Source of the DNA: Rhodobiaceae bacterium
GTDB taxonomy: Bacteria; Pseudomonadota; Alphaproteobacteria; Micropepsales; Micropepsaceae
Direction of reading: 5' to 3'
DNA length: 26,407 nt
NCBI GenBank assembly: GCA_031413455.1
Contig: JANOFD010000505.1
Location: forward strand, 1-26,407
Made by a program: the position numbers and the translations under genes. Shown here piece by piece: positions 17,189 through 24,116 of the stretch. Numbering within the stretch: position 1 is the stretch's first letter; every line of letters starts with the position of its first letter. Under the pieces are notes generated by a model that was not told where the DNA came from, made no database searches, and saw only the letters and a program-made list of their open reading frames with translations.

Positions 17189-19158
17189 TTTTGGCCGCCG
17201 GCTTCAGGGTTGCCCTTGAACAAGTCCGCCAAGACCTCATCAAAGTCGCTGGCGGCTTCACCAGCGGTGGCGGACTGATCGATGACATCGGTCCCCGGCA
17301 GCGCCAGCACCGGTTGGCCTGCGGTCGCACGCTCCATGAATGATTTCCATATCTGCGTCGGCAATGTGCCGCCCGTGATGTTCTTGCTCATCGGAAAACC
17401 TTCATCGTTGCCCAGCCAAACCCCGGCGACGAGCTGACGCGTGTACCCCACGAACCACGCATCCTTAAACTCTTGCGATGTGCCGGTTTTTCCGGCCATG
17501 GCCCGGCCATTGAGCATGGCAGCCTTGCCGGTACCATTGCGCACGGCGTCGACAAGCATGCGATTCATGGCACCCGCATGTTCAGCCGCAATCAGCCTGC
17601 CCAAACCCGATCCCCGGCGCTCGTACAGCACTTCGCCATCGATCGTCCGCACACGTTTGATGCCATGAGCGATTGCGCCTCTTCCACCCGTCGCAAAAGG
17701 TACATAGGCGCCAACCAGCTCAGACAACGTCACCTCTGACGTGCCAAGCGCCAATGAAGGCACCGCCGCAAGATCGGAAGTAATGCCCATGCGCCGCGCG
17801 CTTGCTACAACCGACTCCGGGCCTAATTCCAGACACAACTGAACGGCAATCGTATTCACCGACGTGGAAAGCGCCTGGGTCAAAGTCATCTCCCCCTGAT
17901 GGCCTTCCAAAAAATTCGCTGGCGTCCATCCACGATAGGTCACCGGCGCATCGACCACACGCGATGACGGCGACAGTCCCGCTTCCAGCGCCGTCAAGTA
18001 CACGAACGGTTTAAAGGCAGACCCCGGTTGCCGCCTGGCCTGTGTGGCCCGGTTAAACACAGACGCCGCATAGGACCGTCCCCCCACCATGGCGCGCACT
18101 GCCCCATCAGTGCTCATCGCCAACAAGGCTCCCTGGATGTGGGCCGGCCCTTTGGCGTCTATGATCTTGATCACCGCATCTTCTGCCGCGCGTTGCATGC
18201 CAACATCGAGCGTTGTCTCAACAATGAGATCCGATTTTCCATGCCCCACAAGTTCAGGCAGTTGCTCCATCACCCAGTCGGTAAAATATTGATTGCCTTG
18301 AACCGCCGGGCCCGTGGCGAACTTCGGTTGCGTGCGCAAGGCCTCGTCACGTCTGGCTGCACTGATAAATCCGGTTTCCACCATCGTCTGAAGCACGATA
18401 GCAGCCCTGCTTTGTGCAATCTCATGTCCGTTCATTGGTGAATAGCGTGAGGGCGCTTTGAGCAGCCCTGCAAGAATAGCTGATTCGATCAGACTTAGAC
18501 GCGACGCTGGCTTGTTGAAATAACGCCGGGACGCCGCATCCACGCCGTAAGCGCCTGCTCCGAAATACACACGGTTCAGATACAGCGCCAGAATATCGTC
18601 TTTCGAAAACGACGCCTCCAAATAGAACGCCAGAAGCGCTTCTTGCATTTTGCGGGCAATTGTCCGCTCGGGCTTCAGAAAAAGATTCTTGGCGAGTTGC
18701 TGTGAAATTGTAGAGCCGCCTTGAACAATGCGGCCCGCTTGCAAGTTCACCCACGCCGCACGCGCAAAACCCCACGCATCCATTCCATAATGAGAATAGA
18801 AACGCCGGTCTTCACTGGCGATCACCGCTTGCGCAACATGCGCGGGCAAGTCTTTGAGAGTGACCAGAAGCCCGCCATCGATGCCCCGCCGGGCAATGAC
18901 GCGCCCGCCCGCATCCACCAGCGTCACAGATTGCGTGTGCTCGCGCCGGGCAAGCCCCTCGGTCGAAGGTAAGTCTGACGCAAAATAGGCAAGCATACCG
19001 GCAACGCCGATGACGCCCCAAATCGTGCAGATCGTGATCCCATAGAGAATTCGCCACCACATACTGCGCGCTGGCGTATCGGCGACGCTGGCCGGACGCG
19101 CCTTCCGGGTGGAAGTGCGTGACCCGGCCCGCCCCTTGCCATTGCCACCGTTACTCAT
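17185..19158 (-). CDS. Class A penicillin-binding protein (PBP1A family transglycosylase/transpeptidase)
   Basis: N-terminal TM; GT51 motifs EDRRFYSH, GGSTISQQLAKN, RKMQE, YLNRVYFG; transpeptidase motifs SAFK, SVN, KTGT. Confidence 0.96.
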   Translation of the reverse strand: MSNGGNGKGRAGSRTSTRKARPASVADTPARSMWWRILYGITICTIWGVIGVAGMLAYFASDLPSTEGLARREHTQSVTLVDAGGRVIARRGIDGGLLVTLKDLPAHVAQAVIASEDRRFYSHYGMDAWGFARAAWVNLQAGRIVQGGSTISQQLAKNLFLKPERTIARKMQEALLAFYLEASFSKDDILALYLNRVYFGAGAYGVDAASRRYFNKPASRLSLIESAILAGLLKAPSRYSPMNGHEIAQSRAAIVLQTMVETGFISAARRDEALRTQPKFATGPAVQGNQYFTDWVMEQLPELVGHGKSDLIVETTLDVGMQRAAEDAVIKIIDAKGPAHIQGALLAMSTDGAVRAMVGGRSYAASVFNRATQARRQPGSAFKPFVYLTALEAGLSPSSRVVDAPVTYRGWTPANFLEGHQGEMTLTQALSTSVNTIAVQLCLELGPESVVASARRMGITSDLAAVPSLALGTSEVTLSELVGAYVPFATGGRGAIAHGIKRVRTIDGEVLYERRGSGLGRLIAAEHAGAMNRMLVDAVRNGTGKAAMLNGRAMAGKTGTSQEFKDAWFVGYTRQLVAGVWLGNDEGFPMSKNITGGTLPTQIWKSFMERATAGQPVLALPGTDVIDQSATAGEAASDFDEVLADLFKGNPEAGGQN

Positions 19159-19324
19159 GCGCTCAAGGAATTCCTTCTGATCAGGCTTCTGGTTCTAGAG
19201 AATCGGCCTTAACACCCGCTGAATCGAAGAAGTGTTAAAAAGTCGTGATTCAACTGGTTCAAGACGGAGGAAATGGCTGCTATCATGGCGGAGCGTGCCT
19301 TCTTTGGATGGGTGAAATAAAATC

Positions 19325-19915
19325 ATGTTGATAGAGCGTTCACATGCCGCAAGGCGTTTGCGAATTGTCTTCCTCGCGGCCCTTTTTGTGTTGGCCACAG
19401 CGCCATCGCAGGCCAAGTTTCCAGACCTGTTCGCCGACGACCCGCTCGCCACAGCCGTACGCAAAGGATCGCTTGCCGATACCACCACGGCATTGCTCGC
19501 AGGCTCCTCTGCCAATGCCCAAGCTGCCGACGGCACGCCGGTGATTGTACTTGCCGTTGCCGTCTCGAGTCTGGACATTGTGAAAATTCTTATCGAAAAC
19601 GACGCAAGGCCCGACAAAAAAAGCAAAGACGAAACCACGGCTTTAACCTTGGCTGCGGCCAATGGTGAATACGAAATTGCGCACTATTTGCTTGATCACA
19701 AAGCCGACGTGAATGAGCCAGGCTCCCTGCGTGAAACCGCCCTCATCAAGGCGACACGCGCGCATCACAACGCCGTTGTTAAATTGCTGGTTGAACGTGG
19801 CGCTGATTTGGATGAAACAGATACGTCCGGCGCAACGTCGCTTGAAATCGCTCAGCGCAGCGGTTGGGGTGACACCGCTGCGCTTTTGATGAAGAAGAAG
19901 GCAGGCTCCAAATAG
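19325..19915 (+). CDS. Secreted ankyrin-repeat protein
   Basis: Signal peptide, then about four ankyrin repeats (TALTLAAANGEYEIAHYLLDHKADVN; TALIKATRAHHNAVVKLLVERGADLD). Confidence 0.9.
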   Translation: MLIERSHAARRLRIVFLAALFVLATAPSQAKFPDLFADDPLATAVRKGSLADTTTALLAGSSANAQAADGTPVIVLAVAVSSLDIVKILIENDARPDKKSKDETTALTLAAANGEYEIAHYLLDHKADVNEPGSLRETALIKATRAHHNAVVKLLVERGADLDETDTSGATSLEIAQRSGWGDTAALLMKKKAGSK

Positions 19916-20025
19916 TCTCTGATCACATTTCAAACAGCAATCCGGACATCGCCGCAGGCCATAAGGACTCCGCGGCACCTCCAGCGGACTTCTTTGCGGC
20001 AATCGGCGAGAGCGTCGGGTCAGGC

Positions 20026-21318
20026 GTGCGCCTTCGCACATTGTTGTCCGTGCGGTCGCTGGGAATTATCGGTCAAATCGTTGCAATCGTGATCGTGTTC
20101 TTCGGTCTGAAATATCAGATGCCGATCGGTCAATGTCTGGCTGTTATTTCTGTCGCCATAGCTTTCAATGCAACGCTTTTCGCCACCTACCCCAACGTTC
20201 ACATGCTCAACGAGCGCGAGGCTGCAACACATCTTGCCTTCGATATTTGTCAACTGACAGCGATGTTGGCGCTGACCGGCGGGATACAAAACCCCTTTGC
20301 TTTGCTCTACATGGCGCCCGTTGTCATATCTGCAAGCAACCTCAGCCTGGGCGCAACACTCGCCCTTGCGATGCTGGCCTTCGGCAGCATCTCCGTCATT
20401 TCATTTTTGCATTGGCCTTTGCCTTGGGATCCCCAAGACCCGCTTTTACTGCCTCCACTCTATGTCGCCGGCAACTGGATTTCCCTCACACTCGGCATCG
20501 GCTTTTGCCTGATATACGCATGGCGTACCGCTGACGAAGCCCGCCGCATGCATGCAGCGCTGGCGGCCACCCAGTCCGCACTCGCCCGTGAGCAACGCCT
20601 GTCCGACTTGGGTGCCCTTGCCGCGGCCGCTGCGCACGAACTCGGCACGCCCCTGGGTACGATCGCCATTGTCGCGCGTGAACTCGAACGCGACATGGGC
20701 GCTTCCAGCAAATGGATCGAGGACGTTCGCCTGTTACGCAGCCAAGCCGAAAGATGCAGGCAAATCCTGTCGCAACTCGCCCAACAGGACACCGGTGAAG
20801 ATACGATTGCAAAACGCCTGCCGCTGGCTGCCCTCATCGATGAAATTGCAGAACCCCATCGCGGCTTTGGCATCGACATCAATTTAAACATCCACACGCC
20901 CGGACAATTAACCGTCGTCAGGACCCCGGAAGTGGTGCATGGCCTTGGAAATCTGATAGAAAATGCCGTCGATTTTGCAAAAACCAAAGTCGATATCGAT
21001 GCTCAATGGGACCACGAGACTATTGTGCTAACCATAATCGACGATGGCTCCGGCTTTGATCAGGAAATATTGGTACGGCTGGGCGAGCCTTATGTGACCT
21101 CGCGCTCCGGAATAGATGCGCCGCGTCCGGCCAACGCGAACACCACCACCCACGCCGAAGGACATGCCGGGATGGGATTGGGCTTTTTCATCGCCAAAAC
21201 CCTGCTTGAACGCATCGGTAGTCAAATGACCTTTGGTAACCAACCGGGTTCTGGTGCGCGCATCCGATTAAATATCCCGCGCAAGAGTCTGGAAAACCCC
21301 GCAAACTCACGCGTGTGA
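20026..21318 (+). CDS. regB: RegB/PrrB/ActS family redox sensor histidine kinase
   Basis: Six TM segments with the quinone-binding GGIQNPF, H-box AAAAAHELGTPL, redox cysteine in AERCRQIL, NAVDFA and GMGLGFFI. Confidence 0.95.
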   Translation: MRLRTLLSVRSLGIIGQIVAIVIVFFGLKYQMPIGQCLAVISVAIAFNATLFATYPNVHMLNEREAATHLAFDICQLTAMLALTGGIQNPFALLYMAPVVISASNLSLGATLALAMLAFGSISVISFLHWPLPWDPQDPLLLPPLYVAGNWISLTLGIGFCLIYAWRTADEARRMHAALAATQSALAREQRLSDLGALAAAAAHELGTPLGTIAIVARELERDMGASSKWIEDVRLLRSQAERCRQILSQLAQQDTGEDTIAKRLPLAALIDEIAEPHRGFGIDINLNIHTPGQLTVVRTPEVVHGLGNLIENAVDFAKTKVDIDAQWDHETIVLTIIDDGSGFDQEILVRLGEPYVTSRSGIDAPRPANANTTTHAEGHAGMGLGFFIAKTLLERIGSQMTFGNQPGSGARIRLNIPRKSLENPANSRV

Positions 21319-21393
21319 GGAACGCTAGCATGCGGCGACAATCCTCTCTATATTCAGCAAAACCGCCTTTTGACCCTTTTGAGGTAACCACCC

Positions 21394-21945
21394 GTGGCCC
21401 TGTCTGCCGAAGGATTGCCCGACAAAACTCTTTTGATCGTTGATGACGATGGACCATTTCGGCTGCGCCTGGCGCGCGCAATGGAAGCGCGTGGGTTCTT
21501 GGTCACAGCCGCTGAAACGGCCGACGAAGCCATTGCCTTGTCGAGGCGCACGCCCCCCGCCTTTGCCGTTGTTGACCTGAGACTGGGGCAATCAGGCAAT
21601 GGCCTCGACGTCGTTGACGTCATTCATCAAACCAGGCCCGACGCCCGTGTTGTCATTCTCACAGGTTATGGAAATATCGCCACCGCCGTTGCCGCGGTAA
21701 AGCACGGCGCTGTCGATTATTTGTCGAAACCTGCTGATGCTGACGACGTGGCGGCCGCATTGCTGGCCCATCCGCGATCTAAGCCCGCGCCGCCCGACAA
21801 TCCAATGTCTGCAGACCGCGTCCGCTGGGAACACATACAACGCGTATATGAGCTGTGCGGGCAAAACGTGTCTGAAACGGCCCGGCGCCTGAACATGCAT
21901 CGCCGCACGCTTCAACGCATCTTGGCCAAACGCTCTCCAAAATAG
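21394..21945 (+). CDS. regA: RegA/PrrA/ActR family response regulator
   Basis: VVDLRLG, LTGYGNIATAVAAVK, PMSADRVRWEHIQRVYELCGQNVSETARRLNMHRRTLQRILAKR. Confidence 0.98.
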   Translation: MALSAEGLPDKTLLIVDDDGPFRLRLARAMEARGFLVTAAETADEAIALSRRTPPAFAVVDLRLGQSGNGLDVVDVIHQTRPDARVVILTGYGNIATAVAAVKHGAVDYLSKPADADDVAAALLAHPRSKPAPPDNPMSADRVRWEHIQRVYELCGQNVSETARRLNMHRRTLQRILAKRSPK

Positions 21946-21953
21946 CAAAAGCC

Positions 21954-22406
21954 TCACACCCGGTTGGGGTCGATCAGCCGCGCGTAACGCTCGGCAGCTG
22001 TTCGCGCGAAGCGTATGAGCATGGCCTTGCGGCGCGCGGGCGCCAAAGGCACCGCCGAGGCTTCGCGAATGATAGCTGCACCGAATTTATCGGCAACAAT
22101 CAGGCCGTGCCCTTCCGGTAAAACCAAACGCGGAAAGCCATCGGGAACCGCAAAAAAATACCTGTCGCAATACTCCAGATACTCACCCCATTTCCCGTCG
22201 CCACGAAAATCCTCCAGGCTCACTTTGATTTCAACGGCAACGATTTCGCCGCTGTCAGAGATCGCGGCGACGTCCAGACGCCGACCATTGGGCAACGTAA
22301 ACTCCAGCAAAGGCGACAACCCGGCATCCATCAGCATGCGGCTGACACCCCGCGCCACTTCGCTTGTCAGTCCGAAGGCACGCGAATTTTCGCTCATGGT
22401 GCTCAC
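21954..22406 (-). CDS. mmcB: MmcB family DNA repair protein (putative endonuclease)
   Basis: EFTLPNGRRLDVAAI...VEIKVSLEDFRGDGKWGEYLEYCDRYFFAVP. Start is GTG 22406 or ATG 22397. Confidence 0.88.
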   Translation of the reverse strand: MSTMSENSRAFGLTSEVARGVSRMLMDAGLSPLLEFTLPNGRRLDVAAISDSGEIVAVEIKVSLEDFRGDGKWGEYLEYCDRYFFAVPDGFPRLVLPEGHGLIVADKFGAAIIREASAVPLAPARRKAMLIRFARTAAERYARLIDPNRV

Positions 22407-22420
22407 CAGCCTGCCCGCCT

Positions 22421-22452
22421 AACGAAAACGGGGTAGCCAATAAGCCACCCCG
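22421..22452 (-). terminator. Intrinsic terminator of the ferritin-like gene
   Basis: Minus strand CGGGGTGGC-TTATTG-GCTACCCCG-TTTTCGTT: a 9-bp stem (one G-U pair) followed by a U tract, 25 nt after the stop at 22478. Confidence 0.7.
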
Positions 22453-22477
22453 CCGCGTCCTGTCAAAATTCCAGATC

Positions 22478-23599
22478 CTATTCAGCCGCGAGCAGCGACG
22501 AACCCTTTGCCGGACCGCCAAAATTCACCGTCTGCAGATACCGGATGCCTTCTTCCGCAATGTCGTCGCCTATCATGCGGTCACCCTCAGCCTTCAACTC
22601 GTCCATGTTGACGTACATGGCATAGAATGAGCGCGTACGGTCTGTGATGATGCCGGCTTTGAGCAGCGTTTTGATAAGCACACGGAAGATGTCGGTGCCC
22701 TGGTTCATCCGCTTGCGCCGTTCTTCGTCAGTGATGGCTTCCATCAATGACGCCTGCGCTTCCTGCCAATCGATACCGATCAGCGCATACACCGATTTCA
22801 TCTGCTCCGGGTTGATCAGGTTGAACAACAAAGTCTGGAAGCAGCTGACGGCCCAGTCTTCGACGATGTTTTGCTCTTCGATGCTCAACTTCGGAATCGT
22901 GCGATCGGCCCAAATCTTGCCGAACTTGTGATGAAACGCTTCATCCGTCATGACCAACTGGCACAGACGAACGAGCAATGGGTCGCGCGATTTCGTGTAA
23001 AGCGTCGCAAATGCGCCCATCGCCAACCCCTCGACCAGCATTTGCATGCCGACGATTTTTTTGAAAACCTCCGGGGCTAGCACCAATTCGGTCAGCAAAT
23101 TGCCAAGCGTTGGCCCAACGGGCAGCGGCTTGCCCCAACGGGCCTGGACATAGCGTGAAAATCCGGTGACATGACGCGCCTCTTCACGCGCTTGATTGGC
23201 AGCGTACTCCTGCGCTCCGGGATCGCGCAGAATGTGACAGAGAGACGCCGACAACGACAGCGCGCCTTGTTCTCCATGCAGTATGGAAGACAGAATCCAG
23301 CGCGCCGACTCATTGGCAAACCGGATACGGTCTTTGCCGCTGATGCCCTCGCCAAGTTTCGTTTGAAAAATCGGAAAGAACTCATCCGGAAGAATGGACT
23401 CGTTTTCAAGGTCGAACGGCTCGGAGAAATCGATGTATTTCTTGTCGAGTGGATCCCAAAAGTGGTCGTGCGTCGCCGATATGATCTTGTCGAACGCCGT
23501 CGACCGCGCGTTGTAACGATCCACGTCCATCATGGCCGGGAAGTCATTGGGATCTAACGCGTCGTATGCATTGTCCTTGGTAATTTGCTTCACAGCCAT
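22478..23599 (-). CDS. Ferritin-like domain diiron-carboxylate protein (AurF/desaturase-like superfamily)
   Basis: Four-helix diiron pattern HGEQGA...EEARH...VEG...DEAFH. Confidence 0.85.
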   Translation of the reverse strand: MAVKQITKDNAYDALDPNDFPAMMDVDRYNARSTAFDKIISATHDHFWDPLDKKYIDFSEPFDLENESILPDEFFPIFQTKLGEGISGKDRIRFANESARWILSSILHGEQGALSLSASLCHILRDPGAQEYAANQAREEARHVTGFSRYVQARWGKPLPVGPTLGNLLTELVLAPEVFKKIVGMQMLVEGLAMGAFATLYTKSRDPLLVRLCQLVMTDEAFHHKFGKIWADRTIPKLSIEEQNIVEDWAVSCFQTLLFNLINPEQMKSVYALIGIDWQEAQASLMEAITDEERRKRMNQGTDIFRVLIKTLLKAGIITDRTRSFYAMYVNMDELKAEGDRMIGDDIAEEGIRYLQTVNFGGPAKGSSLLAAE

Positions 23600-23646
23600 T
23601 CTGAAACTCCGTTCTGAAACAATTCAGTCGGCACCTTGGCAAATAA

Positions 23647-23683
23647 TGACGCCAACGTCAACTTTATAATGACACTAGTGTCA
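23647..23683. promoter_or_regulatory. Tandem palindromic operator-like sites TGAC-N6-GTCA
   Basis: TGACGCCAACGTCA (23647-23660) and the perfect palindrome TGACACTAGTGTCA (23670-23683). Each is preceded by ATAA and the starts are 23 bp apart. Confidence 0.65.
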
Positions 23684-24116
23684 GGAAAGAAGGAGGCGTT
23701 GGGTAGTTAGAACGGCCTTAAACCAAACCATGCTATTTTATTTACAACCTTGGATAGAAAAATTCAAAAAACTGAGGCGCAAGCCCCACACCTCACTCGG
23801 GTAATCATCCAGTGCCACAACCAACCAGTTCGCGCCTTGCAATGATTGTGTTACAGCAGTTCAAATGGGAACGCGGCGCTCGCAAATTGTTGACCCGCTG
23901 CGATAAATTTGGGCTGTGCGCACGGGGAGTGCCTGCAGACTGTGGTGTGAGTTGGGGAAGGTAGCGCGAATGCAAGAAAAATTTGCGTCTGGCATGCACC
24001 CCGGAGCACTTGGGCCAGTCGAATGCAATCATGCGCCGGGCACTGTGCCTTCATTTAGTGTTTTCATAAATCAATGTCGGTCAGCGCTGACCACGCGTGG
24101 GGAGTAAGCGAGTTCT

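Noticed and set aside
23805-24107. Short ORFs (63-75 aa) in the ferritin-like/MMPL intergenic region
   Set aside because: They overlap on both strands and have no RBS or motif; no coding support.
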